A stretch of DNA of 64,000 nt from Atractiella rhizophila (Eukaryota): positions 1 to 64,000 of the forward strand of contig MU271397.1 in the NCBI GenBank assembly GCA_021432655.1, given 5' to 3'. Below the pieces are notes generated by a model. That model was given only the letters and a program-made list of their open reading frames with translations. It ran no database searches and was not told where the DNA came from. This document shows positions 11,311-26,950 of the stretch, piece by piece (positions within the stretch are counted from its first letter, which is position 1; each line of letters opens with the position of its first letter). The translations under genes and the position numbers were made by a program.

Positions 11311-12977
11311 CAAGTCGGAGAGATTGTTATAAGAACGAGAGTGCTGGGCTCTAGACTACTACGCTGCTATGCAACTTAAGGGGAGCAGTGATAAGAGGGG
11401 AGAAATTGCGGTTTGAAATTGGTGTGTCGTCCCATGTTCTGGTCAGAATGGGTTGCTCTCCGGTGAAATGCTAGAGCTTCTGAGACCCTTCCACATCCTA
11501 TGCTGACGTGCTAACGCCTTCTACTTTGTTGACGGGTGATAGGGCTGCAGGAATTGCCATCGTTACCTCTCTGCTCTCCAGGCTCACCTGTTGTGAATGG
11601 CTTCACTGACTACGATAGAGTAGCTTTGGGAGTATTGCTACCAATGAATTGTATTTCATTTCGCTGTCATGAATTACAAAATAAGAAATGGAGACCTGCA
11701 CTCTTCACAATAGCCGGCGAACACGGGACGACTCACTCCTTTCAAACAGAGATTCCTCTTCCAATACCCATTCTCCGCCTTGGCTCTATAGCGGCCCAAT
11801 AGTACAGAACCAGTTCTATCTGCTCCTGCTATCACGTCCCCCACTTGTTGATAGGGGGTCGACTTGAACGATTGTCAGGCCGACCGCTTCAGCTCCCTCG
11901 CACATCACATCAGGATGACCATGACTCGGTCACTTTGCCCTGTCAATCCTCAATGCTCAAGATTCCTCAATCGGTTCCTCAATCCCATGCATCCCAGTCG
12001 TATCTCAAGAGTAATGAGGTTATGCTCAGGTTATGTCCTCTTATCATTAAAGAGGAAGTGCATTGGTTGTGCTCGTGACTGTGAGTCTCCATTGCCCAGT
12101 GCTCTATCAATCCTATCGCCAGTGACAGTGCAGCGGGGTGAGGCTCCACCTTCAGCTCCAATGTCCCAATTACACCTTACATCAATTGTCAACCCCTGTC
12201 AGGGTTGATGCTGAGAGAGCGAGCGATACGATGTACGTGATCACTACGCTTTGACAAGAATGTCAAGCTCGTGCTGAAGCAATGGACACTGTATCTATGG
12301 CTGCACACCAAATTTGCGGTAACTCCAAGTTCGATGGATTTCATTCCTTTACGGTCAGCGTGAGAATGTTACCCTTGTGTAGACTGGCTCCGCTTGAGAA
12401 CCGCCGCGTAGCTCTGTTATCATTTTCCTGACTTCTTACTCAACGGCCTTTTCAAGCACGTGCCAATTTCAATCAGCAACATGAAGTTGGACCATGAAAT
12501 AGGTTTCTTTTACTTGGTTCGACCCCTTAAAACTGTTCCTTCACACGGAAAGGAGTCCCCTGACTCGTACTCCCAGCTTCCGCCTTGTGGCCCTTGGTGG
12601 TACTCCTCTCAATGCATCAACCCTTCTCTCCAATCCATTCTAGAAGTGTCACCTCCCATCTTCTAGCAACCTTCGACTGCTATTCTACTTAGGCTGGGTT
12701 GAGCCATGTAGCAGCTCGCTGTCAGCCCAGACATCTGAAGCGCGGTGTCTGAGAAAACAGCACGCAAGAATTTGAGTTCCGATGTGGGAGTTTGACAATG
12801 GACGGCTTTAACTAAACTTAAAGGAGAAAGCTCACCAGTTCTCTGCAGTCTCCGTGAGTGGGTCGCCCAATGTACTATAAAGGCTTTGTAACCTGCCTTG
12901 ACTTCGGAATTGTCCCACCTAGACAATAAACTCTTCGGCTAACTCGAGCGAAGAGGCTGGCAGAGGAAACTCGCAAG

Positions 12978-15900
12978 ATGGCTTCGTGGGAATTTATCGT
13001 GCGGCTTTCATTCCCTTCTTGCGCAGGTTGGTCGGATTCTAAAGCCTCGTCGGTCTAGGCTTCATGGTTTCCCCTGTCTCTCCTGCTACTCATCACCATC
13101 ACCCGCCGTCTACATCGACGCTTCTACGGTAAAGCTCCAATACCACCTTCGATCCCACCCTCTGAGCGAGACAGCCTCCCGCGATGGAAGGCCGGTCTTC
13201 TTATGCTCGCGCTGCATATCTCGCTCCTATCGCGCATACTGGCTCTGGGAGGTGCATTTGCCAGCTCGTCTCATACTTTTGAGTCGCTGGCCACAGACCT
13301 AGTCACAGTCATCTACTTCGCACTCGTGCTCGTCGTCCACCTATTTGCCTTCCCACTTCGAACGCCGCTTTGGTCCGCTCTTATTTCCTTGATTGTCCAA
13401 GCAGGGATCGATGTTAATCTTCTTCTCGAGCAGAAGCGCCAAGGTTGCGAGCTGATCGCAGTGCTTATCGCAATTAGTGTCCATGGAAGTCTGCCGTTGG
13501 AGGCTCCCAGAGACAAAAGGGAGGAAGGGGCGGCGAGAGAAGACCACGTCACGCTGTTCGAATGGATTTTTGTTTCCTGGTCCGTTTCGTGCTCAGGCGT
13601 CATTCTATTCCGTGTTGAGAGTAAAGCGGCATTAGGTTTACAGAGATGATCTCTTTCGCTCATAAAAAAGGCAGGCTTGACTCTTCTGACGTCTGGCCTC
13701 TCCCAAACAACATGCTTGCGAGGAGCGCAAGGGCGGAATGGGAAAGCATACCTCACTACAACAAGCTTTGGAAGAAGCTTGCTCGCGTCAACGCATTTGA
13801 TTTGGGTGTATCGACCATCATTTCTTTAGTGCAGGTCCGTCATTATCCTCGATTCTATTCATTTACAGCCCATGTAATGTCCCAACAGGCTGTGATCTCC
13901 TACTCCAGCCCTTTCTTCCTCCAGAAGATATTGACGGAATTCTCTTCTGTTACTGCCCCGGATAAATGGAAACTATTCCAATATGCTGTATGGATGTTCA
14001 TCCTTTCAATTGTGGATATCATAGTTCGTACCTGTCTTCCATCTGTTTCGCTGCTCAGTTGTATGATCCATTAGATGAACATCAACACGGCATGGTTGCT
14101 TAGACGAGGAAACATGCGCTGGAGGACGATATTAATGGGAGAGGTGTTGAGGAAATCGCTTAGAAGAAGAGATTTTACCATCTCTTCAAGGACAGGCGAC
14201 GTTTCGGACGGAGGTGAAAAGGAGAAACATGCAGATCGTGGTCAGTCGTTGCTCCATTCTGGTTGAATGCGGTGACCACATTACTAACTTTATATTGCAG
14301 GTAGGACTTACAACTTAATGTCCAATGACGCCGATTATGTGGGCGGCCTGTGTCAATCACTCATGCCATTCGTAAAGGCACCGTTAGAAGCCGTCATTGG
14401 CCTTGTCTTTCTCTATCAGTAGGTCAATTCCTTCTGTAGAGATACACCATGTTGATCACCGATCCGTAGGTTATTGGGATGGAGTGCATTTACAGGTTTC
14501 ATCATCCTGCCCATTGGATCTCGATTGACAGGGTTGACTATTAAGTGGTATTGGAAAGTAGATACACTCTGTTTAAACGCCAAGGCCTGAAAATTGATCA
14601 TGCCTTGCAGTACGTACTTCAAAAGAATGCTCTACTTGACGAGAAGATGGAGATACAAGCCGAATTGATCGGGTCTATCAGGTAGTTTCATCAATTATTT
14701 TGTCATGAGGCAGTACTCAATGCGCTACAGACACTTGAAATGGTTCGGCTGGGAGCGGGCATTTGCTAAAAAGCTGTCTGTAGTACGTATCGCCTCTGCG
14801 TGTTACCCGACTAAAAATGTGGTAGGTCAGAGATAAGGAGTTGCATATTTATGCGAAGATGTTTATGGTGAACATAATCGCCAACTTCATTGCGTATGTG
14901 TTTACAATCTTTGTAACAGTTTCTACAGGACTCACCCGCAACAATAAGCAACTAGCACCCTAACATTTCTTGGAATCACCTATGTCTGCTTCGCTTGTTT
15001 CGTCAGGATCGCTAAGCAGGACCTTACGATCCCTATTGCGTTCACCGCTCTGAGGGTATTTATGCTGGTGGAGAAGGTAGGCACCGTCTGAGAACACGAA
15101 ATTGCTGCGTTAACTAACCTTCCTATACAGCCCATGTCGGTTATATCTTATTCGTTTGCCATCTTTCTTGGAATTTTTGCATCCGTCGATAGGCTAGAAC
15201 GGTTCTTTGACGAGGACGAAATTGATCCTCCCCCAAAGTCGGTTGTTGGCGCCTCCGAACAAATCGAGCTTCGCGGCGCCACCTTCTCATATGGACCAAC
15301 AGAGGACAGTTTCGCCGTTCAAGATCTCAGCGTTGTCTTCCCCCAAGAACGACTCAGCATAATTTGTGGCGCCAGCGGTTCTGGGAAAACTTCGCTGCTG
15401 CTCGCACTTCTGGGTGGTGTGCTTCCACACAAAACACCAACAACATAACCTGACTTCTGATAGAATTACACAAGCAGTCAGGAGAAATTTTACTTCCGAA
15501 GGAGCGGATTGCATATGTCGCCCAGCAACCATGGCTCCAGCACGCCACCATTCGCGACAACATTCTATTTGGTTCAACGTATGACCAATTGCGATACCAA
15601 TCGGTGATTGAGGCTTGTGCCTTGCAACCTGATCTAAAGCTACTTGATCTGGGAGACATGACTGGTTTGTTTGTGGTGTAGATATGACAAGAAGCTGATG
15701 TTGCGCCACAGAGATTGGTGAAAAAGGTGTGAGCTTGAGTGGCGGGCAGAAGGTATCATATCGTTCACTTGAAACATTGCACATGGATTTATTTCCTTCA
15801 GGCTCGAGTCTCGCTGGCTCGGGCTCTCTATTCGACGGCTAGAATTCTGATACTGGATGATACGCTTGCCGCAGTGGACACAGGGGTTGGTGCGCACCTA

Positions 15901-18707
15901 GTCGCCTCCTTTTCGTCGAACCTGTTCAAGGGAAGAACCACGGTGTGCTTGAATTCTTGCGTTTACTGTCCAGCTCAGATGTCTCCTAGCTGCTTGTCAC
16001 TCATGCTGTCGATTTATGTCTCCCTGCTGCATCGTTCATGGTAACCATGTCCCAAGGAAGTATCATTTTAGCACAGGATGTCTCGCATCTTTCATCTGTT
16101 TCGGACGCTTCTAGGATGTTGTCGGAAGCTATCAAGAAGGAGCCAGCAATAGATCAAGCTCATCAGGACGAAGAAAGCGACAGTCTTGACTCACGCGAAT
16201 TATTCGAAGTCCAAGAAGAGGATTCCAAACCTGAAAAGCTAGTCGAAGAGGAGGCGAGGGCGGAGGGTCAGGTTCCGTGGACGGTATATCGAGCGTACAT
16301 TTCCGCCGCTGGGTACTGGTTATGGATCCTCCTTCTTTTCTTCTACGGGCTACGTGAAGGCTCCCGTCAGTTTCTGCTAAATTCTCAGCAATGCCTTACT
16401 TTCATCTGCAGGTGTTCTTCAACAAATATTCATGAAGATTTGGGGCGAAGCGTATGATCCTGTTCAACTGTTCTGGTTCGGGACAAACCCTTGGGGTTTG
16501 CCGGATCCTCGTGTAAATGTAAATCCTTATCTGATGGTTCTTCTTGGATTCGATATCGGATTCAATATGATCGGCGTGATTGTTTTAGCCATTGGGCGAG
16601 CTTTACATCTCAAAGCGGTCAAAATAATATTTTACGATACTGTGGCTAAGGTAATCGGTGGAACATTCAGGTATGGTTTTCTTTTGACCTAAAATCTTGC
16701 ATGACCCATTGATTTGTAGATACTTCGATCGCACGCCAACAGGACGGCAAGCATAGCTTTTATTCCTACCGCAGTACTGATTAAGGAACAGTATTTTGAA
16801 CCGCTTCTCTCATGATTTCGGTTCGCAGCTTCTCACTACATCTACTCCACTGAGCTTTTCATAGGTATCTTGGATAATTCGGTTGTAAACAATGTTGCGG
16901 ATTTCGTATTCAACTCTGTTTATTATCTCAGAGCAGTAAGTTCCCGATTTTACGAGATGTTGGCTTGACAAACGCCTACAGCTCATACTCGTCATGGTCA
17001 TCCTGCCTTGGTTTCTCATCGTAGGGGCAGTCTTATTATTCATTTTTCGGCGACTGTCCCAGCAATATCTTTCTGCGTCACGCGAATTCCGCCGCCTAGA
17101 GTCCATATCGAAGTCGCCGATCTATTCTCAATTTGGTGAAACGCTTCATGGACTTGTCACCATACGGGCTTTCGGCTGTCAAGAACGAGTTGATGAAGAA
17201 GTTGCTGACAAGGTCGACAACTACATGAAGTCATACAATGGCATGTGGAATGCAAACCGCTGGCTCCTCGCTCGATTCGATGTTGCAGGAGCAGTTTCCA
17301 CTCTTGTCGCTATATTTCTAGCGGTGGTGTCTGGTGTTTCCGCAGGATTTGCTGCCTTAGGTGCGTCTTAGATGCGGTGGTAGCGTAATCTAATCCTTTT
17401 TGTAGTTATAACTTCCGCAGTAGAGCTTTCCGACAGCACATACGGACTGCTTACAAGCTTTTCCGACTTAGAAGTCAATATGAATTGTTTGTCACTTCTT
17501 CCTTAAAAAAATTCTCCTTAGGGTGATGTTGATAAATCCCCAGCGCTCCAGCGCATCAAAGAATTGCAGGATATACCCCAAGAGCCTGCAGGAATCATTG
17601 AAGGTCGTCGACCGCCTGCCTTTTGGCCGTCACATAGAGGAGGTATTGAGATCGAGAGGCTTGAGATGGCATATGCCCACGATCTGCCACTAGTCCTCAA
17701 GGGAATCACTGCATCAATCGGAGCGAAAGAGAAAGTTGGCATTGTCGGACGAACGGGAAGCGGCAAAAGTTCGTTAACCTTTGCTCTTTTGCGATGTGTC
17801 GAACCTAGAAGCGGTCGAATACTGTAAGTTTATTGATGATTGAACGCGACCATGTTAGCTGATACTGTGCAGCATTGACGGCATCGATGTAACGGAAATT
17901 GGCGTCGAGGACCTTCGGCAGAGCATCGTATGTCTTTTCGATCCTAGCACATGTACAAAGTTCATGGTTTGATAGACCTTCATCCCTCAAGAGCCTGCCA
18001 TTTTTAGTGGCACAATTCGTTCTAATCTTGATCCGTTAGCAGAACATACGTTGGTCTAATGTTTGCATTCTTCTCTTCTACTGCTAAAGTTGGCTGTAAC
18101 AGAGATGGAGCCTGCTGGGATGTTCTTCGGCGCACCCACCTTGTTTCGACGTCCCAATCTATCTCTGGTGTCACCACTCCTTCAGGCTCAGATAACATCA
18201 TTGGACATCCCCTGCCCGAGAATACAAGCGGGATGAATAGTAAGCGAATCGACATCAAAAGTCTAGAACAAAAGGTCTCTGCTGGCGGTGCGAACTTGAG
18301 TGCTGGACAAAGACAACTACTCTCTCTTGCAAGAGCTATGCTCCGAAACTCTAGAATCATAATTCTTGATGAGGTTTGTCTACGGTTCCGCATCCGATTA
18401 ATCTTTGATCTGCTCGCTGTAGGCTACAGCTTCTGTCGATTATGAGACGGATATCAAGATCCAGGAGGCGATTCGAACGGAGTTCGCGGATGCCATCGTT
18501 CTTACCATTGCACATCGTGTAAGATTGATGTGTCCTCTAGAGTTTGCGCGCCCCTCATACTTCCCTTTCATTCAGTTACAGACTGTGATCGACTGCGACC
18601 GGCTTCTTGTACTGGAGAGCGGGAAGATAGTCGAATTCGACACCCCGGAAAACCTGCTGGCGAAGACCGACGGGGTTTTCAGAGCGATGTGGTCTATGAG
18701 GAAGTGA
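12978..18707 (+). CDS. ABCC/MRP-type full-size ABC transporter (many introns)
   Basis: NBD1 has [14 protein letters not shown] and ILILDD. NBD2 has [15 protein letters not shown] and IIILDE. TMD motifs [25 protein letters not shown] and NANRWL are present. Start codon is tentative. Confidence 0.93.
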
Positions 18708-19569
18708 GCGTCATGATGAACTTCGTCTCTCATGTTGACTTTGGTGAGTCCTAGATCATTAAACCAAGTCTCTATTCTAACTTTTCCTTAATCTTCTTTC
18801 TAGGGATTCTGGAAGTTACTTTGCTTATGAAGTGGCACCACTGCTCACCATCTGCAATAATATTCATAAATATCTACAGGAAAAGATTTAATGAAACAGA
18901 TCCGCTGTAGCACGACAGTGATACGCCGGCATCTGTGCATCGGTACGCGTTCGGGTGAGATCATCCATCATCGAGCAACAGGAGAGGCCGCAAGCAATGT
19001 TTGTTTGTTTCCGTGTTGAATTTTACCGCAGCAAGGCGGTCGGAAAGCAACATTGCGCGACCCAGTTACAGTTACATAGATTCTAGAAAAGTCGAAATGC
19101 ATTTTGACTAAAGCATTATAGTGATTGTATGTACCTTCTGTCTCTAAAATTTTTCATGCTGTTAGGACAATTTGATTGCAACCAAATTGTTAAGGATGAG
19201 CCAGAAGAGCTTTTGTTGGAAGCAGATTCCCTTACAAATTTCCATAAATGGTGTTCATTTTTTCCTGTCGAAGCACAGAGTTTCTACTTAATAAACAACT
19301 GCAAGGTTGAGGAATGCCTTTGTGGGAATGCCTTTGTGGAATATAATGCATGGTCCGCTGCCCATGACACCATCAAAGAGCGTCCTTTTCCGCTATCCAG
19401 CCCCTTTTCCTTCATTACTACAGTATACCCCGGTCGCAGTTAACCTTGACGACCTCTGTGCTCTCGCAGAAGTAATCCTCGCTTTGATGGCGGAATAAAA
19501 GCGACCCAGTTTCGAATTCCGCATTCTGCTTTACAACCAGACTTATTCTCCTTACGCAGACCATTCATC

Positions 19570-20331
19570 ATGCCAGCGCCTCGCACGTTTCACACAGCAT
19601 CACTATCCCTCGGAAAGTCGCCGTCCACCTCTCGTTGGCTCGCCCGGCAGAAAGCTGATCCATACGTTCGCATGCGGGAAGCAGGACCAAGTGGCCAAGG
19701 TGGAGGGCGATATGTCTCACGCAGCGCGTTCAAACTGATCGAACTTCACGAGATTTGCCATAAACAACTCATCCGCCCCAATATGGTAGTCGCGGATCTT
19801 GGGGCAGCACCAGGCGGCTGGACACAGGTTGCGAGAGACATGGTGGGGAAAGGTGGCAAAGTCGTTGGCCTGGATCTTTTGGACTTGGATCCGAGCGTCG
19901 ATTTAGGAACGAACGCTACGTTTCTGAAGGGGGATTTCACTTCTGCGGCTGTGAGGAAGCGACTGGAAGGAACCATTTTCGATGTCGTACTTTCTGATAT
20001 GTTGGGGAACGTCAGCGGAAACAAGATTAGAGATGCTGAAAACTCGTTGGAGCTCTGCAGATCCGTCCTAGATTTTGCGAATCGTGGTCTACGGCCTGTC
20101 GAATCAATTGAAGGGGAGAAGACTATGAAATCTCTTGTATCGAAAGGCTCAACAGTTGTGATGAAGGCGTACGATAGCCAGGAAATGAAAGAGTTTGTCC
20201 GAAACGAACTCTCGCCGAGATTTCTCAAATTAAAAAGCGTTAGGCTGAAGAGCAGCAGAGATGAAAGTAAAGAGATGTACCTAATAGGTCTGGGAATGCT
20301 TCCTTTGCAATCTCAGCCGATTTCTCCCTAA
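19570..20331 (+). CDS. MRM2: FtsJ/RrmJ rRNA 2'-O-methyltransferase, probably mitochondrial MRM2
   Basis: RWLARQKADPYV, YVSRSAFKLIE, DLGAAPGGWTQVA, FDVVLSDM, SSRDESKEMY; basic, Ser-rich N-terminus. Confidence 0.88.
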   Translation: MPAPRTFHTASLSLGKSPSTSRWLARQKADPYVRMREAGPSGQGGGRYVSRSAFKLIELHEICHKQLIRPNMVVADLGAAPGGWTQVARDMVGKGGKVVGLDLLDLDPSVDLGTNATFLKGDFTSAAVRKRLEGTIFDVVLSDMLGNVSGNKIRDAENSLELCRSVLDFANRGLRPVESIEGEKTMKSLVSKGSTVVMKAYDSQEMKEFVRNELSPRFLKLKSVRLKSSRDESKEMYLIGLGMLPLQSQPISP

Positions 20332-21026
20332 TTCATATTAGAAGCAATGTGTATGAACTCTGAGGTCTTCGCATGAGACTACTCTCTTTGATACATAGTT
20401 ACTTTACAAATAGAATGTTTCTTTCGCTGGATTAAGGGCACGCAATATGATGTTGAGCTTTGTCTGTTTCCGCCCGTCAGCTTGAGATCGGGTTCAGCAT
20501 TCGACCAAGTTGCGCGATTGATCGTGCAAGATCTGGTATTACGTTGAGCTGGGGATTGGATATCGTGCAGGAGGTGAGCAGCTCATCTGGTTATATGTCT
20601 GTTTATCTTGGGTACTGTGGATGTCTTTCCACCCCATGGGCATTTGGACAAAGCTCTAGGTTCTCTCGAGTTAAATCGTTATGCAGTTCACTGAGCTTGC
20701 TTCTCGAGAATACGTACATGACAGTCAAAATGCCTCGTAATATGCGCGTTATCCTCACCCGAAAGTGGGATCGATATTGCAATACGCGCAAGCAGTCCAA
20801 TCCTCTTAACGGCATGCCAGCTTTCGTAAAATCAAACCGTTCTTGCAACAAGACGACATGTCCATGTCCGAAGATGAGGAAATATATCCCATTACTTGGC
20901 AGCAGCATTCTGTTGCCCAAAAAAGTGCAACACGCTCATTCAGTTAGAAACTTTTCATCTACTAGAGTCATCATTGAAGTGTCCTACCGTCGCCACTAGC
21001 AAGACTGATCCTTCCCTGGCAGTTCT

Positions 21027-23501
21027 ATGAACTTTCTGAAAGCATCCCATCACTTTCGTCCCCTAAGAAACGTTGTGCTCCGCTTCCACTCGACGTCACC
21101 CCAAAGACAAGCAAAAATGACTGTGCTCGACCCATCCTCATATTCCAACCAGCACGAAATCAAATCCACTCACCTAGCCATTGATTGGTCGATCAATTGG
21201 GAAACTCGCATTTTCTCGGGATCCGTCGTCCATCGATTGTTAGCTGTCAAAGATGGGGTGAAAGAGGTGATTTTGGACATCAACAAGCTAAAGATTGACA
21301 AAGTTACGGTGGGAGGGAAGGAGGCGAAGGTTTGCATTTGTTTCTCTGTACGACGACTTCGAAGAGCTGAAACGCCGCTTTCAACAACAGTATGAGATTG
21401 GGGAATCCACAGGAATGGGCGCGCCGCTCACTATATCTCTGGAAAACGAGCTAAAAGAAGGGCAAAAGGAGGAGGTGAAAATTGAATATTCGACCAGCAA
21501 GGAGTGTGCAGCTCTCGGCTGGCTTGAGCCTGCGTTTGTCTCTCATGATTCCCTTCACTTCCTTCTCTGATGTCCATTCAATGAATAGACAGACTGCAAC
21601 TGGCACATACCCATTCATGTATTCACAATGCCAGGCAATCCTCGCACGCTGTCTGGTTCCTTGTCAAGATTCTCCTGGTTAGTCATCTTATCCTTCCTCT
21701 TGTGTGTTAACGACCGCTCTCTGTAGGCGTCAAGATAACGTACACTGCCCGTGCAAGATCTAAACTCCCCATCCTCTTCTCAGGTCTTCGCGTCTCTCCT
21801 CCTCCGACAGATGCTCCTGTGTATGGAGTGGAGACGGAGTACGTTTACGAGCAACCCATCGCTATTCCTTCTTGTATAACAAATCCCTAATATCCAAAGG
21901 CAACTTCTTACGATATGAAAAAATAGACCTCATCGCCATTGCCGGTGGTGAACTCGGATATGCCGCCACTGGCGAAAGGACAGGGCTGTGGATCAACCCA
22001 AAAAGGCTAGAAGAGGCGAAATGGGAGTTTGGGGATTATATTGAGAAGTACGCCGTTCGGATCCCGTCTAATTCGCCATTCATGGATAGTTAAATAGGTT
22101 TATCAAAACCGCTGAGTCGTTCTTGACGCCGTATGTGTGGAAAAGCTACGACTTGCTCATTCTTCCAGAATCCTTCCCGTACGGAGGAATGGAGAATCCC
22201 AACTGTACATTTGTAACCCCATCACTTTTGGCCGGTGAATCTTTCTGTGCAATCTCATGCTCTGGCTAAACTGACCTCATGGCCATTGACAGGTGACCAT
22301 TCTTGTGTGGATGTCGTCGCACATGAAATCTCCCACTCGTGGTTTGGAAACGACATCTCCTGTGCGACTTGGGAACATTTCTGGCTCAATGAAGGGTGGA
22401 CGACTTATACGGAGCGACTGATCATCCGTGCAATGGAAGGAGAGGCCGCAAGGGACTTCAGTTTCATCGTCAGGCGGGCAGAGCTGAAGGATGCGCTTAA
22501 AAGATTCGATAATGAAGAGGAACGGATTTATCAACGCCTAGTTACGCCTGTTAAACCGGGAGATGATCCTGATGATTGGTGCGCTCTCCATGCACAAGTA
22601 TTCTCTAGAATTGACGGTTGAAATGCCAGGTTCTCTGTTGTTCCTTACGAGAAGGTCAGTACACTCCGTTGCTGCCTGGATATCGAGTACTGAAACGGTG
22701 TGCAGGGATCGAATTTCCTACTTTATCTGGAGCGCAAGTTTGGCTTCGACAAATGGATGGGTTACGTCCGCCACTACATCGAAACGTTCCGAGGGAAGTC
22801 CATCCGGACCGAAGACTGGAAGGATGACCTCTATGCTTACTGGAAGAAGACTGAAGGTGAGGAAGGCGTGAAGAAGCTGGATGAGGTTGACTGGGACGCT
22901 TGGTTGCATGGAGAGGGCGAGATTCCGGTTGAGATTAAATATGACACCACACTCGCTGACCAGGTTCACATCTTTCTCTTCTCCGTAGTAGTGAAAGCTG
23001 AAGGTTGCAAAGGCGTACGCTCTAGCTGCTAAATGGAATAACGCCCGCTCCTCTCCCGACTCGGCAGACTTCAGCGCCTCCGACCTATCCCACTTCAGTT
23101 CGGATCAAAAGGTTGTCTTCCTCGAAACTCTCGCCTCTCAAGACATCTATCCCTCCTGGGCGATTAAAAAGCTCGATGAGTTGTACGGGTTGAACAGCAC
23201 GAAATCAGCAGAGGTTCGCAGCAGGTGGTTCAGCGTCGCATTGCGAGCGAACCTGTTTAAGGAAGATGGAGTGGAATGGGTGAAGACGCAGGGAAGGATG
23301 AAATTCTGTAGAAGGTTCTTCTCAGATTTAGCTGCAGTCGACAAGGAGTTGGCGATAAAGAGTTACACCGCGCATAAGGAGTTTTACCATCCCATCGCTC
23401 GCGCGACTATTGAAAGGGTGCGTGCTCCTTCACTCACTCATTCGGTCGGTCAATTGAATGATTGTTGGTCGTTGCACGATGAACAGATGTTGAAGATATA
23501 G
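21027..23501 (+). CDS. LAP2: Leukotriene A4 hydrolase-like M1 aminopeptidase
   Basis: [36 protein letters not shown]...WLNEGWT, VPYEKGSNFL, QGRMKF, YHPIAR. Confidence 0.93.
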
Positions 23502-23766
23502 ATTCAAAGGTTGATTGGGCAGAACGGATGATGGACAGCTGGTGAATTGTAAATCTATTACCTGACAAGCCATTACAACTCAAGCGTAAGGAGATGCAAA
23601 CTCATAAAGAAACAATGTTCCTTTTCGATCAGAACGCATGCGCAAACCAAGCCGAATCACACTCAACCAGACCTATGTAAAGAGAATCATCCACCATCCA
23701 GTTCATCCATAAATGCAACTCCAATCCGGCAACCCCTGATAAACTCGATCAACGTGAGAAGGTAAT

Positions 23767-25236
<1,470 letters not shown>

Positions 25237-25469
25237 TATCAATACCTATGGAAGATGTGGTCGTTTGGTGATTCCTCATCATTGGTCCGTGACTACGGGA
25301 AGACAAAGGAGGAGGCTTGTGCCAAGCTTAGGGAAGGACAAGTGTCACTTTACTATTACCACAGTATTGTATGGAAGGCTATATGCAATGGACGAATTGT
25401 CATTTAAATAGCTTTAGGACACACCATCGTTCACGGTCCTCGTTTGAAACTCAGTACTCAGGAGAAAAT

Positions 25470-26950
25470 TCAATCCCTCTTGGTCGAAGAATGTCCTCCA
25501 GAAACGCTTGACAACACACTAGGGAGTTCACCGTCACCAACGGAAGCGAGGAGCTTGATGGAAAGTGTGACGACGACGATGAGAGCCAGAGACGATCCGA
25601 ACAAGAGGAGGAAGTCGCTGTGCCCCAACCATCATCAGCCTCACAGACTCAGGAAAAGGAAAGGGAGAAAGATAGAGGTATAAGAAAAACTGACTTTGAG
25701 TAATCTTCCTTCTCACACATCTCACCAGCCCAATAGCTAGTCCTCTTCCCATTCCCGCTCCCCTCCTCCGTCCTCCCACACTTGCACACCCAACACTCCT
25801 CTCCGGGCTGCAAAGTCGACAGCGACGCTCCGACCACACACCCTCCGCGTCCGTTACAATTGTACGTCTCGTCCTCACAGGCGGTCTGGGAGGCGTAACA
25901 CCTCTTGGAGGAGCTCACAATCGGTTTGTCCTCCGGAGCCCGCTTCTTCTTGTCCCTGCTTGGGTGGTTGGTCGAAGGAGCACGGATGTGGAAGGGAGAG
26001 AGGAGGGAGGTCTCGATCCCTCTCTTTTGGTGGTTGGAGTCGCTGCTGGGCGGGATGTGCAGGTAGGCGGTGCGGAGCGTGGGAGAGGCGAAGAGACGGG
26101 TGAGGACGACGTTGAGGGCGGATTTGGCGGTGAGGTAGACTTCGGAATCGGTGCCGTGGGATTGAGCGAGCTCCTATGTCAATTCATCATGTCAGTGTGC
26201 TGGATGGATATGGAAGGGAAAAACGAACGGAAAGGCCGGAGAGACGGAGCGCGTGTACTTGCTTCTTGGTGTTGGAAGCGGAGAGCGAGTCGACGATGGA
26301 TGACAGTCTGGAGAACTCGTGCACGAAGGTCTTTGCGCTCTCACCTGCAAGTGAGAAGACATCGAGCATCTGCTTGGGCTGTGCCACCCCAAGGACCTCA
26401 ACACTATCCATGTAAAGGAGAAGATAAAGAGGAAACACACCTTCTCCTCTTCGACCACCGTCCTCCAATCGTGCTCCAGCCCAGCCTCCCACTCGACCTC
26501 CGCGCCGACCGCATTCTCTACCGCCCTCGCAAAGGCGTCCATTCCGCTGACGCTGAACCCGTCGGAGGCGAAGTGGGAGAGATACGTAGCGAAGAGCGCA
26601 TCATACGCCGCACCCTTCAGCTGTCCCCCGACGACCCCATCTTCTTCAGAGTCGACGTCTACGCAATCCTGTTCCCCGTGGCAGGCGAGGAGGAGCACGT
26701 GTTCCTCAGAGGGAGGGGATGGATGGAGGATGGACTGGAGGGCGTGGGCGTTGAGGGTGTGCAGGAAGGAGTGGGGGAGTGGGGGGAGCGAGAAGTGGGC
26801 GGGGAGCGAGGGAGAGAGGTGCGTGGAGAGCAGCACGGAGAGTTCCGCGGGAGAGAGGGCGAGCGGGGAGAAGGAGGGAGAGGGAAAGAGGCGCACGCCG
26901 GCGTCGGCGTTGGCGAGCAGAGGAAGCAGGCTGAGCAGCAGAGTCTTCAT
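25470..26950 (-). CDS. Type I membrane protein with Cys-rich DUF3844-like C-terminal domain
   Basis: Signal peptide MKTLLLSLLPLLANA, then CYASQTACEDETYNCNGRGGC...CWVCKC...WAGEMCEKEDYS, then a TM segment and the tail GELPSVL. Confidence 0.75.

Noticed and set aside
1800..11500. Transposon ends or a transposase explaining the duplications
   Set aside because: No TIRs, LTRs, TSDs, or DDE/RT/Helitron motifs found by eye.
11400..12900. Short ORFs and small direct repeats upstream of the ABC gene
   Set aside because: No recognisable motifs or coherent exon chain.
19129..19498. AT-rich short ORFs with a 14-bp tandem duplication (ggaatgcctttgtg x2)
   Set aside because: Possibly a decayed fragment, but unidentifiable; two units do not make an array.
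20460..20999. Overlapping 179-aa (+) and 105-aa (-) ORFs between MRM2 and LTA4H
   Set aside because: No recognisable domain; cannot choose a strand or support coding status.
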